Source: Chrysochromulina tobinii (lineage: Eukaryota). From it: 64,000 nucleotides of DNA. A program made the translations under genes and the position numbers. Below, one piece after another: positions 12,201 through 24,400 of the stretch. The stretch covers positions 1-64,000 of the forward strand of contig JWZX01003249.1 of NCBI GenBank assembly GCA_001275005.1. Direction: 5' to 3'. Below the pieces are notes generated by a model that worked only from the letters and a program-made list of their open reading frames with translations, had not been told where the DNA came from and searched no databases. Position 1 is the stretch's first letter. Every line of letters starts with the position of its first letter.

Positions 12201-13940
12201 CACGTGGCCCACGCACGCAAAGCGCGCCGGCGCGTGTCCTTGCGCAGGGCCGCGAGCACACTCGTATAGGTACGCATCACGTCGGCCAGCGCGTCGGAGT
12301 GCGCGGCCCAGGTCGCCCACGCCTTGCCCACCACGCCCACACACCATCGCGCCGCCGCCCGTCGCACCACCCCGAGTGTCGAGTGTCGCGCTTCACAGAG
12401 GGCGGTCCACGAGCGCCAGCAACGGCCGAGCTTGCCGTGAAAGGCGACGCGCGCGCGCTCGAGCACGGCGAGCTGCCGACGCGCGCCGCGCCAGTACGCC
12501 AGCCAGGCACGGAAGGCGGGCGACGCGCGGCCAAGGACGACATGGGCCCTGAGCAATTTGGCACCGCGTGCGAGCTTCCCGAGGGCTCGTGCATGCGTGG
12601 CCCAGCGCAGCCAGCCAGCAGCCAGCGCTCGGGAGCGCTTGGAGCCGCCCATGACGGCGTTGATCATCCCTTCAGTGGGCGCCATGAGCGAAGACGCAGC
12701 GACGCGCCGCCACTCCGTGAGCGCATGGAGCGCACGCAGCCGCTCGATGCGCCCGAGAGTGGAGCGCTGCCTGCGCGCCGTCGTGGCAGTGCCACGCCAC
12801 GCGCGCCACGACGCCACGAGCGCGAGTCGGTCGGCGCGCTGGACGGAGCCGAAGAGCATCGAGGCGCTGATGCGGGAGGCGAGTGCCTGCGCCTTCCACA
12901 GCGCCAGGCTCGAGCGTGCCGCGTGCGTGGTGGCCGAGCCTTGGAGGCGCGTCGCCACGTTGAGCAAGAGCACGGCGGCCCGCCAGCGGCGCAAGAGCCC
13001 GAAGGCCTCTCGCTGGCGCATCCGGACGAAGGCCAGCCGCATCAGGCTGCGCCGCGGCCCAACTTTCGCATACGAGTGCCAGGCACGGAACGCGAGCGCC
13101 TCGCGGAGGTGCGTGCAGATGCGCACCGCACGCCGTGCAAGGAGCCGTGCAGCACACTTGCGCCACCAGCGCGCGAAGAGCACGCGCCGTCGGCCCGCGA
13201 GGAGTTCGATGCAACGGATCGCGGCGGCGTTGTGGAGCTCGAGGACGAGGCCGTACTCCCCTTTCCATGTGCGCAGTGCGCGCACGAGGCCCAGGTGCCG
13301 AAAGACGGTGAGGGATCGGCGCAGCACGGCCACGGGCGTGTGGAGGCGCCACTGGCTGAGGGCGTGGGCGAGCGCGCCCCGGGCCGCGTGCGCGGAGAAG
13401 GTGCCCAGGAGCGAGAGCAGCCCACACAGCGTACGCGTCAGAGTGCGCCACCAGCGGAAGAAGTCCTGCACATCGCGCCTCAGGCACCGGCGCACAGTCT
13501 CGAGGGCGCGATGGTGAATCTTCACGCCCGCCTTGGCGCACCGGCGCCAGTGGCGCAGCAGCATGCGCGCGTGCGTGCGAGCGCAGATGCCGAGCCGGAT
13601 CGAGGCGATCCGAAGGCAAGGCATGCGCGCGGTCCATTGGCGGAGTGCCCGCCGCCCCAGAAAGAATGGCATGGCCTCGGCGAGCAGCGCGCCAAGTGTG
13701 GCGGCGCACTCGCGCGCGTGCGTGTGCCACGCGCGGAGCAGCGCCCGGCACAGCGCCGTGTACGCGCTCACCAGCCGTGCGGCGTCCTCGCGCTGCGCAT
13801 AGTATGCATCTGGCAGGCTCGTCGGCAGCGCGCGGTACATGAGGGCGCTACTATAGCCCAGGTGCCCGCCCGCCGCGGCATGCAGCGAGGATGCGAAGGG
13901 CTCGGCGCCCGTCCCTTGCGCCAACAGCCCGGCTCGTCGC

Positions 13941-13979
<39 letters not shown>

Positions 13980-14918
13980 GGCATGCCATGCCGAGGCGGC
14001 GCCAGGCGCGTACGCGTATGAGCTTCCGAGGGGTGAGTTGCCTAACATGGAGTTGGCCCGCTGGTCGCCGCGGCCCGAGCTCATCCGGCTCCTGGGCGGG
14101 CTGTCGCGCCCGCCATTCCAGCCGCGGGACGCTGCGAACGTGGCGGTGGCGCCGCTGAAGCCGGCACCCGCTCCAAGCGAGTAGCCGGCACGAACATACG
14201 ACGCCGATGCGCGCGGCGTGATCGGTGCCGCCCAGGACGGCGCCACTTCGAGGCTGCCCGCAGCCGGCACGCGGCTGGCGGACGCAGCCAGCCGGCCAGA
14301 CCTGCTGCCCTCGCCACCGCCGCCACCGCCGCCGCCAGCGTGGCTGTGGCCTCTGCGGCGGTCTTCGAAGGCGTCATCGTCGGAGACGGTGCGTCCCAGG
14401 GTGCGTGCAAACGCGTTCACAACGCTGTCGCGCACATGCGACGGGAGCTGCTCGACGACGGGCGTGACGGGCGACGCGGGAGTCGGCGAGAAGAGCGGCG
14501 CGCTGCGCCCGCCGCCCGTCGCGATGGTCGTAGCGGCAGCTGAGAGTGCCGTCGGCTGGTGCTCCTGCCGTCGCTGCATAGTAACATAGAGCTCGTGAAG
14601 CACCGTCTGAGCTTCGGAGATGGAGGTCGGGCGACTCACCTCGCTCCCTGTGACGCTGCGTTCAATGGCCTCCAGCGTCAGTCGGCTTCGCCCCCCGGCC
14701 TGTTCGACGGCCTCCATCGGCCGTCGGCTCCGCACGCCGGTGCTTCTCACGCTCGATCGCCCCGACGTGACCGAGACGGCGTCGTCCAGGTCACTTGGCA
14801 CGACTGTGCGGCCGAGGCTCTGCATCGACCAGCGCTCGACCGCCGCTCGTTGCAGAGCCGATGCTTGCCGCCTCCGAGGCGGCGATGGATCATTCGAGGC
14901 TTTGAGCTCCCACGACAT
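6239..14918 (-). CDS. Giant Sfi1-like (centrin-binding repeat) protein; N-terminal ORF 13851-14918 joined to 6239-13984 by a frameshift or intron near the (GGC)n tract
   Basis: About 2,500 aa of Arg/Ala-rich helical repeats with recurring L.RA[FWL]..W motif; upstream low-complexity ORF overlaps in another frame. Confidence 0.7.
13943..13978. repeat. (GGC)n microsatellite
   Basis: About 12 GGC units at the junction of the two Sfi1-like ORFs. Confidence 0.9.
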
Positions 14919-14990
14919 TCTACCGGATGTCCGCGCTCTGCACAGAACTTCGACGAATAAACCGTTACAACTCTGAGCTCTGCCAGAACG

Positions 14991-17190
14991 TCACATCTCC
15001 TCTTCCTCTTCCTCGAGAAGCACGGCCACGCGAGGATCCGTCGCGGCCGTGCTGTTGCGCCCCCAAAAGGCGGCGCCGGTCGCTCCATCGACAGGCGCCG
15101 CGCCCGTGGCCATCCACTGCTCGGCCTGAGCCTCGCGCCCGCCGCGACCACGCTTGCTCGCCCTCTCATACTGCTTGCGCGTCTGCTGCAGCTCGCTTGG
15201 CATGGCAGCGGTGCTGTTGACGAGATCGATCTCGGGCATGGTGTAGCCGGGCGGCTTGTCGTTTGCGTAGTTGATCAGGCCGTACTGCATCCACGCGATC
15301 TCGCTCAGTATCTCGGCGCGGCCCTCTCGCACTCCCTCACCCTCTCGCCCGGCCTGCAGATTCGTCAATTGCAGATTCGTCCAATTGGCCACACTCGCCC
15401 GGAGCGCCTTCTCGCTCTCGTTGCGCGTCCAGCGCATCGCTTCGGGCACGACACCCTTGCTCGGCGTCGGCGCAGTCTCCGCGAGGAAGAGGCGCCCCAG
15501 CTCGAAGAAGCCCGCCCCTTCACCCAGACCGCGGTCGTAGTACGTGCTGTCGCCGGCGTTGGCCGCCTCCATCGGCACGTTGCCGCCTTCACCACGTTGC
15601 CGGCGCACACCGGTCGGATTCCACAGCTTGAGCAGGCTGGCGCCCATGCCCGTGCCGTCGACGTCGACCAGATCGCCTGGCCCAAAGGACCACATCTGGA
15701 GCATCCGATCCTCGGCCTCCGCCGCCGAGCTGAACCCCATCGGAGCTGGTGCCGACTCGTCAAACACTGCCGGCACCAGCCCGCTTCGAACGCCCTGTTC
15801 GCGCCGAAGCTCTTCGAGGCTGAGCGGTGGGCGCACCAGCGACGAGGCGCGCAGCAGCGCCGCGCTGAGCGTGCAAGACTCGGCCTGGCGCGGTCGCAGG
15901 CTCGGGCGCCATGCCGTGCGCTCGCCCGCCTCGATGGCAAATGCGATCCAATAGAAGAGGTAGAAGAGGCAGATGAGCTGGACTGCCCGCCCGATGGCGA
16001 GCACACCCAAGCGCGCCAGCTGGCTGCTGCTCGCAAGCCCCGCGCCGGCGGCGGCCGCCGCGCCGGCGGCGGTTACACTCGGCCCATCAGTGCTCACGAA
16101 AGCGCTCACGAGCCGCCCGACAACGGCCGCTGGGGGCTCGAGGAGAGGGGCGAGGACGGCCGTGAGCCGCGCTTGCAGCCGCGCCGTCGGCCCGAGGACC
16201 AGCGAGGCCGCGGCGGCGCCGAGCGCACCTGGGAGCGCGAGCAGCGCCGTGGGGCCTGCGGTTGCCGTCGTGGGCAGTGCGAGCGCGAGGCGGCCAAGCA
16301 GCGCTGCTTCCGACAGCAGCAGCGCCGTGGCGGCGAGTCGCCAAAAGCGCGTGGCGGCATGTGCGGCGCTCTCGGGCGCACGGACCAGGAGCTCCGCGTG
16401 CAGATCGCGCCAGCACCAGAGTCCGGGCCACAAGCTGAGTCTGCCGAGGCTGCCCAGCCACAGCGAGAGATCGAGGCTGCCGCACTGCCACTCGAGCGCG
16501 CTCAGGCTGAGAACCACAGATGCACCGAGCAGATGCTGTGCGCTGAGCACATGCGTCGCGTCTACCCGCGGCGCGAGCGCGCCGTCGCGTCCTCGTGCGA
16601 GGAGCCTCGTGCGTAGCCGCGCCAGCGCCGCCACGCACAGTCGCATGGCGGGCCACGGCGAGGTGTACGCCGAGGCCAAGGCGGACGCTCACAGCTGCCA
16701 CGCACGTGGGCGCGACGAAGGCGCTCACGAGGCAGGAGCCCACAAGCAGCAGCAGCACGACGGGCCGAAGCATGCGCTCGTGCCGGACCGCGGCGTAGTA
16801 GGTCCGCGCCTGGGCCACCGGCCCATCCACGGGGTCGTGCCACCACTCATGCAGCCGCGAGCCGCGGTCCTCAAGAACGCCGAGCGCGCGAGGAATGCCG
16901 GCGGCCGCCTCCCAGCGCGCCTCGGCCGCTTCATAGCTGGCCACGAGCTCGTCGACGCGAACCATGTCAAGCTCAAACTCGCCGCCTGGCTCCGTGAAGA
17001 TGGCAATGTCATCATCGTCTTCGTCAGTGTTGTCTGGCTTGTTGAAGACATTGACGTCGTCGTCATCTGGCAGAAGGCTTCCAGACGCAACTGAGCTACC
17101 GAGCTGCAGCCGTGACGATCGCCGTAGGACCGGTACCGTTCCGCAGTGCTGCGCCGTGTGCAGCGAAGTGGCCACGCAGTACGCGATCAT
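14991..17190 (-). CDS. Hypothetical multi-pass membrane protein (two overlapping frames, junction ~16700)
   Basis: ORF 16087-17190 gives an N-terminus with acidic segment and TM helix; ORF 14991-16679 gives several hydrophobic helices and a soluble C-terminus. Confidence 0.5.
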
Positions 17191-17360
17191 GGATGGACTA
17201 TCAGACTTGATTTATCGAGCAGCGTTCGATGAGCCGTTTCTCTGTTCTTGAGAGCTCGTGAAGGGTCCCCGAAGAGCAGAGGGGCGCCAGTGGGTTGAGT
17301 TGTTTGCTTGTTCGCCCGCATTGTGATGACGGATTGATTACGACTTTCCCCACCCGTCAC

Positions 17361-19651
17361 ATGCTGGGCCCGGCCGACAGGCCGCTCCCGTCAACGGCAG
17401 CACGCATCCCACTCCATGACAGTGACTCGCCGACAAGCAGCCATTTGCGCATCACAGCCATCATCAATGACATGGAGAGTCGGATCGTTAGCGTTGCAGA
17501 TGAGTTTTTCCGCAGGACTGCGAATGTCCGCGGGTTCAAGGCGTGGAAATATTGCGTGGCCGACGGCCTGCGCAAGGCCCAGAGTAAACGGCGCGGAGTC
17601 AAGGCCTTCATGAACAGTGGCCTCAAGAAGGGCTGGAACGGCTGGGTTGCGCTCATGTTTGAGCGCGCCACCGCGCTCGCTCGGCTTCGCGCAGCCGTCG
17701 CAGGCTTCCGCAATCGTAGCCTTCGGAAGGGCATGAACACGCTCATCGAAGCGCGGACTGAGCACCTGACCAAGCTCGCCAAGCTCAAGCTCGCCGCTCG
17801 CTCCCTCTTCTTCCGCCAACAGCGCAAGGTGTGGAACAAGCTCGCAGCGGGCGCGAAGCTGCTGCGCAAGGCTAGGAAAGCGATGAAGTCGTTCACGAAC
17901 CGCAACATGCGCAAGGGCTTCAACGGCTGGCAGTATATGATGGTGGAGCGCGCGGCCGCCTACGAAGCGCTCCACAAGGCAGGCTCCGCCTTTCGCAGCC
18001 GCGGCGAGCGCAAGGGGTTCAACGAGCTTCTCGCGGCGCGCGAGGAATGCAAGAGGAAGCTGGCTGGCTTCGAACGTGGAGCGCGCGCGTTCCTGTACAG
18101 TGCGGTTCGCAAGGCGCTCAACAAGCTGATGGCGGGCCTGCGGCTGCTCCAGCTCGCGCGTAAGGCGGGCGCTGCCTTCCAGGGACGACTTCGGCGCAGG
18201 GGTCTGAACGGGTGGATGGGCTACATGCACGACAAAGCAAGCACGAGTGCACGGGTGAGCCTCAGAATGGACCAAGCTCTCCTCACCTGATTGCCGCTGA
18301 TTGCCGCTGATTGCCGCTGAGTGCCGTAATCAGGTGAGCCTCAAAATGGACCAAGCTCTCCGGGCGCTCAAGATGCGCAGGCGGCGCGTGGCACTCAACA
18401 GCTGGAAGGAGATCATCCTCGACAAGGCGCGCGGCCACATGAGCCTGCGCAGCGCGGTCGCCGCCTTCATGCTCCGCGGAATGAGGGCCGCCTTCAACAC
18501 TCTCGCAGACCGCTCCGTGGCCAACGGATTCAGCCACGAGCAGCTGCGCAGGGCCCGGCAGCTCTTCGTGGCGCGCGCGCTCGTGGGCGCTTTCTATCTT
18601 TGGATCGACCGCGCGCGCGAGCGGCGCGAGGACGCTGCCAAGCCACGCCCGCGCCCGACGTCTCCTCTTGCCAAGAAGCGTGCCAAGTGGGCGGCCAAGC
18701 GGGTGAGCTCCGCCCATGCCGTCGAGGTGCCCGCGGACGATAAGTTCCAATGCCAGCGCGTGCTGCACGCGCCGCACGCAGCCCTCGTCCTGCGCGCCGA
18801 CGGGACGGTCCTGCGCGTGGTGGCCATCCATCGGCCGCCCAATACGATGGACTGCACCGTCGACCTGAGCTGCGGCTACGATGTGCGCATGCTCGACGAC
18901 GTGCCGCTACCCGACTACCAGGACCCGAGGAGTAATCCCGGGCGCCTGCCGCCCCGACCCATGCCGGTCGACGTGCGCGTGAGCGTTGCGGCCCTCTCCG
19001 CGCCCGAGCATCCGCTCATCGTGCCGCAGTTTTTCGGCGGCCGGCTCGGCCTTAGCAACGGGCTCGATGTTCGGGTCATCGATTGCGCCTTCACGCCGAG
19101 CGAGAGGCCTTTCTTCGGATTGGACGACGATCAGCCGCGCCCGCCAGTGCTGCGCCGCGTGCTGCTCACGCTGATCGATGGTCAGGGCGTGGCGGTGGGC
19201 CAGCCGGCATGGGTCGAGCTGCTTGAGCTGCTCGAGTTGCTACGCGGCAACGCGGTCGTCACCGCACAGTGCGCTGCTGAGGACGAGCTGCGTCGGCGCC
19301 GGCGTGTCGAGCTGCATATCGTCGAGCAGCGCAAGCTCGCGCTGCACCACCTGCTGCTCGCGCGCAAGGAGGCAGCCAGGGAAGGACGCGGGTCGCACGC
19401 CTCCCCCCGCGACCCACGCGCCGCATGGTATCGAGCACCTGGTGCGCCAGCTCGCCGACGCCGCGCCGAGCGCTTACCTCAACGAGGAGAACCAGGCCAA
19501 TCCACGCGCCGACGCCTTCGTGCAGCCGCGCGCGGAACGCATCGAACGTCTGGCCGCGGTCGCCAAGGGGCGCGCCGGCCATCAAAGCGCGAGTACGCTC
19601 AGCGGGGGCCATCGTGGCGGCGGCATGCCCCTCAAGGTCGTCGACCTGTGA
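17361..19651 (+). CDS. Second Sfi1-repeat-like protein; intron 18255-18333; probable frameshift ~19400
   Basis: Repeats such as LKKGWNGW, MRKGFNGW, RRGLNGW, VALNSW; splicing joins ORF 17295 to ORF 18301 in frame; C-terminus reads better in the 19178-19651 frame. Confidence 0.65.
18255..18333 (+). other. 79-nt phase-0 GT-AG intron made of a duplicated exon start plus (CTGATTGCCG)n filler
   Basis: GTGAGC...TAATCAG; first 28 nt match the next exon 18334-18361 with one mismatch; removal restores the frame. Confidence 0.85.
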
Positions 19652-20211
19652 CCAGGCGGCTGTTACGTGTTAGCGTTATCAAACACGTTATCATGCATTG
19701 CCGCTTTATCATGTGCATCGTGCCGCGCGGGTGAGAGGCGTTATCTGTCTCGTGTCCGGTCGAACTCGACTGCAATCTTATAAGTTATATTGGTTATACG
19801 TTATTGCGCTTTTCCTACAATGGCGTTTCTTAAGCGCAGGCGTTTCGTCTGACGGCTACCGTTACCGATCGTGATCCCGGATCAAACATCGTACACGCGG
19901 TATCAACACCCTCAAATAGCAAATGCGCGAAAAAGTCCGCGGGGCTCGTTCACCGGGGGAGCCGGGACACATTTTACCGGCGTAAGACACCGGCGACCGG
20001 GGGAGCACACTGTACCGGTACTTTGTCCCGGCTCCCCCCGGTGCGGAGTCTTTTTACTTTGTCCATCTCCGTGAAGGGAGCCCTCGGCGCCCTCGCCGCG
20101 AGTGAGGCGCGGGGTGAAACCACGTTAGACGTTTCGGACTCTGATGGCTTGTCCATCACAGCGAACACGCGCGAGCGCGCAACTTCGCCCCTGCTTGCGA
20201 CCGACCCTCAA

Positions 20212-21684
20212 ATGCCGACAAACTTGACCTGCTGCGAGCTGCGGCTCGACGCCTGCAGCGGTGTCTTGCCACAAATGCAGCAATGGTTCGGTGTCGGCCC
20301 ATCACCTACTCCGAGTGCGTGTGAAGTGCGGCGGAAGGCATGGCAGACAACTCATCATTGCACAACCAGCAAGCGCATCATTCCCACATCTACATCCACC
20401 TGCGTGACACCCAAGTCGTCTCTTCCGCAAGCGGTTCCTCATTCTAATTTGTTGAGCCGTATGTTCATGCGGCCTGCAAGTAGCAGCTGTAAGACAAGGA
20501 GGCCCTTGCCAGCCCACTGCGAGCGTTTCTACAAAGCGCATTGGCAGCCTTGGCAGGCAATGGCCTCGGATGGCGGAGGCAACTTACCGTGCGTGTCGTA
20601 CGCCACCTCGTCCAGCGGCATCGGCAACTGGCTGCCGTCGCTGCTCGACGCCGCACGGACTGCTGCGGAGGCTCGGGTGCCTCTCGAGGTGAAGCTCTAC
20701 AGCTCGCAAGCGTTTTGGGCGACGCTCGGCGCTTCGCTGGACCGGAACCCACCCTCGTGCCGCACGAGGGTACACGACCTGAGGGTACATGACCCCGACG
20801 ACAGGAGTAGCAGCAGCAACGGCAGCAGCAGCAGCAGCAACGCCAATCACAGCCTACAGCCACGGCGCAGCTGGATCTACGACGCGGTGCAAGGTACCAA
20901 CGGTCCCAATCCCTACGAGCGCGGCGCCGACATGCTTGGTTGCCTCTTCACTCTATTCACGTGCCCCGACGAGACGGTCTACGCGCAGGTAGAGCATCTG
21001 CGCACGCGGCTGCCACGAGCCTTCGTCGCGGCGCACTTGCGGTTTGCACACCAGGCGGCGGGCCAGGAGAAGAGGATAATCGCGACGTTCAACGAGCTGT
21101 ACCAGGACACGCCCGCCTCGCACTGGGCCGCTTCGGAAAACCGCTCGCTACCACTCGGTGAGCGCTTGGCACCGTGGGATCGGCTGCTTGCGCCGGTCCT
21201 GCCCTCAATCTGCCGTGGCGTGTGCGAGGACCGGCGCGGCTCGGAGGAGACGATTCTGCCAGACCCATTTCTGTGTTGCGGCGGGCGCGACTTTGAGCAG
21301 CTTGGCGACGCCCTTGCGGAGCGCTCGCACGGCGCGCTGGCCTACCTCACCACAGATCTTACCGCTTTCCAGCGCTTTGCGCAGCGCTACTTGCCAGACG
21401 CTTTCGTGCAGCAGCCAGGCGCGGCGCTGCACTCCGGCCGCATCGAAAACTCGCTCGTTAATCTTGAAACGGTGGCCGATGAGCGGAGCGCCGCACGCAA
21501 GACGGCAACCGACTTTCTCATGCTCACGCAGGCGCACCGAGTAGTGGTGCTCAACCCGTCGAGCTTCTCGGCCGTCGCCGCGGGGCTGCATCTACCGATC
21601 GGCGCCTTGCCCGTCCACGCCACTGATCGAAAGACGTGTGGGCTGCGCCATGGGAGGCCGTGCAGGAGATTGAGGAGGAAATGA
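20212..21684 (+). CDS. Putative fucosyltransferase-like GT-B glycosyltransferase (NodZ/FUT8-type motifs)
   Basis: SGIGNWL, AAHLRF, YLTTD, DFLMLTQAHRVV..SSFS match fucosyltransferase motifs I-III. Confidence 0.6.
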   Translation: MPTNLTCCELRLDACSGVLPQMQQWFGVGPSPTPSACEVRRKAWQTTHHCTTSKRIIPTSTSTCVTPKSSLPQAVPHSNLLSRMFMRPASSSCKTRRPLPAHCERFYKAHWQPWQAMASDGGGNLPCVSYATSSSGIGNWLPSLLDAARTAAEARVPLEVKLYSSQAFWATLGASLDRNPPSCRTRVHDLRVHDPDDRSSSSNGSSSSSNANHSLQPRRSWIYDAVQGTNGPNPYERGADMLGCLFTLFTCPDETVYAQVEHLRTRLPRAFVAAHLRFAHQAAGQEKRIIATFNELYQDTPASHWAASENRSLPLGERLAPWDRLLAPVLPSICRGVCEDRRGSEETILPDPFLCCGGRDFEQLGDALAERSHGALAYLTTDLTAFQRFAQRYLPDAFVQQPGAALHSGRIENSLVNLETVADERSAARKTATDFLMLTQAHRVVVLNPSSFSAVAAGLHLPIGALPVHATDRKTCGLRHGRPCRRLRRK

Positions 21685-22063
21685 TTTTGGGGGAACATGA
21701 ACACAGCTCTCTAGTCGGTACGGATCTTGTTAATCGCGGTCACTCTGAGAGGGAGGTTTTATGTACGTATATTACCGGCACCGTTGTCTTTTTTCTCAAC
21801 CGGACCGTACCTATCTCCTATGTACCGTGTAACCGAACCTCCGAACGAGACCATCGGGCCGCCGTTGAACGCCCCCTTGAACCCCCCCTTGGCAGGGGGC
21901 GGATCGTTGTGAACCCCTTATTACCGGTACCGGCACCCTACAGGACAGTATTTCTAACATCCATTCACAGCCAACGGCTAATTGTTCACACTCCTTGTCC
22001 CAGCAACGCGCGATCGGAATTTGGATGGGCCTTAAGACCTGTTAGTTGTGACGCTTGCGTCAC

Positions 22064-24241
22064 ATGGTGAAGGCCAGTGCCAGTGAAGCTTTGCGCAAGG
22101 CCCTCACTGATGTCGGCTACGAGCTCAAGGTCTTCAATTTCGAGCCTGACTTGCTCGGCATGAAGTTGGTCTGCAAGTTGGAGAATGGTCTTAGTATTGT
22201 GAAAGTGTTGGACAATCTGCATGATTCCCAGGCCATGGTTCTGGGCGTGCCCGTGGGCTCGATCATCATGCAGATCAACGGGGAGGACGCCACGCAGATG
22301 AAATCGCTGGCGGAGATCAACAGGGCGATCGCGGTCGAGATCGAAGGATGCAAGCTCCTCGGAAAGGTGCTCGAGATCACGATGATGGTGCCGCTGCCCA
22401 AGGAGCTCGCAGAGAAGTTTCTGCGCGACGAACTGGCGCGCGAGCTTCCACCGTCTGCTCGGCCCGGGACGGCGACTTCACGGCTGGGGGGCGATGCCGA
22501 CCTACCGACAAGGGTCGGGTCGGTCCTCGGGTTGCCTGCGCCGCTGACCATCGTTCGTCCAGCTTGCGTCCCTCCCATCGGCACCGGCCTCGGCGTGCGG
22601 TACCGGCGCCAGCTGGAAGAAGAGCAGTTGCGTGCGCGTGCGGACGTGCGCGTCGCCAAGATGGAAGCCATATACGAGCGGCTTCACCTCAATGAGCCGT
22701 CGGACGTGGAAGCCGCCACTCGTACTTTTGAGCTCCACGATGGCCCCTCGGGCAGCAATCACGGTGCCGCGCACGGCACGCAACCCACGTCGCCACCAGC
22801 TAAGCCACCCCGCGCCTCGCTGTGGATGTCGATTTTGTGCGCCTCGCTGTGGACGTCGAAGGTGGAGAAGAAGGCTGCGGTGGCTGCAAAGAAGGCGGAG
22901 AAGGAGTCCGCGATGGCCGCGGCCGCGTACAACAATGCAGAGAAGAAGGCCTCGGCGGCTGCGCAGAAGGCTGCGCAGAAGGCGGCGAAGAAGGCAGCGA
23001 AGAAGACGGAGGAGGAGAAGGCCGCCCGCAAGGGAACATCTGGAGGGAACTCTGTGGCACCTCTCGGGCAGCCGCCAGCCACTCATGCGCAGCTTGACAT
23101 TCAGCAGCAACTAGCAGAGGCGATCCGACAGAGGCAGCAGCGCGACGGCCTCGTCGTTGTCCCGTGGGAGACGATCTCGTTCACCCAGACCACCTTGGCC
23201 AAGGGCGCGTTCGGCACCGTTGCGCTCGCCACGCTGAGCCGAGAGCTCGGCAGAATGCAGTGCGCGGTCAAGATCGCCGATGTACGCTCGGGCGATGGGC
23301 TCGGAGAGGCACTCGCGCTGCTGAACGAGGGCTCGTTCATGAAAATAAACCATCCGAATATTGTCAAGATGTTTGGGATCACCTTCAATGCGCCCGCAAA
23401 GATCGGCTTGATTATGGAGCTCATGAAGTGCTCATTGCACGAGCTGATACATGCGCAAGCCCTCAGCGGCGCGCGCAGGTACGTGACTTGGGCGGACTCG
23501 CTGCTCGCGATCGCAACGGACATCGCGTTCGGCATGACCTTCCTTCACTACCACAACCTCATCCACCGCGATCTCAAGCCGCTCAACGTGCTCTTGAACG
23601 ACGGATGGATGGCAAAGGTGGCCGATTTTGGGGAAATGAAGCGCGTCGAAGGAGGGGGCGACGCCGACGCTCGAGCCGCGGGGAGCGGGCGCATTCACGG
23701 CACTCCGTCCTACGTGTCGCCTGAGGCGGCGAGCGTCAGCATACCCGATGCGCCACGGGTGGGCACCCCAACGGACGTGTGGAGCTTTGGGTGCTTGCTG
23801 GCGCATTGCGCGGCGCGCGCATCGCCCTACACTGACGTTGTATATCTAGGACGTGCTCTGAAACCGCAGGAGGTCGTTCAGTGGCTGCTCGATGGTCGCG
23901 CCAATCCACTCTCGATGGTCGTCGAAGGTCAGAACATGCCTGCGCTGCTTATGGACATGGCTCGAGAGTGTACGCGCGTAGTTCCCGAGCAACGGCCCAC
24001 GTTCGCCCACCTCGCAGCGCGGCTATCGACACCGACCTTCATCCGTGAGATTTGCTTCAAGGATGCGGTCATCGACGAGGATGAAGAGGAAGACCTTGAG
24101 GCGCGCCGACCGCCGGTGAAGCTCATCGTACCGACGACGGAGGTGCTAAAGGATCCAAGCAATGCCCGATTTCGAGAGGAGCTCTCGAGGGGCAGCTCCG
24201 CCAAGCCTGAAGCCGAAGCCCATGCATGCGTCATATCCTAA
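22064..24241 (+). CDS. TKL-group protein kinase with N-terminal PDZ-like region
   Basis: AKGAFGTV, AVK, HPNIV, HRDLKPLN, DFG, GTPSYVSPE, DVWSFG; N-terminal LGMKL...VGSIIMQINGED. Confidence 0.9.
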   Translation: MVKASASEALRKALTDVGYELKVFNFEPDLLGMKLVCKLENGLSIVKVLDNLHDSQAMVLGVPVGSIIMQINGEDATQMKSLAEINRAIAVEIEGCKLLGKVLEITMMVPLPKELAEKFLRDELARELPPSARPGTATSRLGGDADLPTRVGSVLGLPAPLTIVRPACVPPIGTGLGVRYRRQLEEEQLRARADVRVAKMEAIYERLHLNEPSDVEAATRTFELHDGPSGSNHGAAHGTQPTSPPAKPPRASLWMSILCASLWTSKVEKKAAVAAKKAEKESAMAAAAYNNAEKKASAAAQKAAQKAAKKAAKKTEEEKAARKGTSGGNSVAPLGQPPATHAQLDIQQQLAEAIRQRQQRDGLVVVPWETISFTQTTLAKGAFGTVALATLSRELGRMQCAVKIADVRSGDGLGEALALLNEGSFMKINHPNIVKMFGITFNAPAKIGLIMELMKCSLHELIHAQALSGARRYVTWADSLLAIATDIAFGMTFLHYHNLIHRDLKPLNVLLNDGWMAKVADFGEMKRVEGGGDADARAAGSGRIHGTPSYVSPEAASVSIPDAPRVGTPTDVWSFGCLLAHCAARASPYTDVVYLGRALKPQEVVQWLLDGRANPLSMVVEGQNMPALLMDMARECTRVVPEQRPTFAHLAARLSTPTFIREICFKDAVIDEDEEEDLEARRPPVKLIVPTTEVLKDPSNARFREELSRGSSAKPEAEAHACVIS

Positions 24242-24400
24242 GAGCTACTCTGAGTCGCGGAACGCTAGCGATCTTATCACTTATGTGTGAATAAGTTGAC
24301 CACCTGGACGTTTGTTTTCGCTGCTGAGACTGGTGCGGGGGTATCCGGATACTGGTGCTGAGAAATCACGTCATCAGAACGGACACACACCGCGTCTGCC

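Noticed and set aside
6290..14158. Many long plus-strand ORFs (up to 680 aa) opposite the Sfi1-like gene
   Set aside because: Shadow ORFs from high GC and codon bias; no motifs
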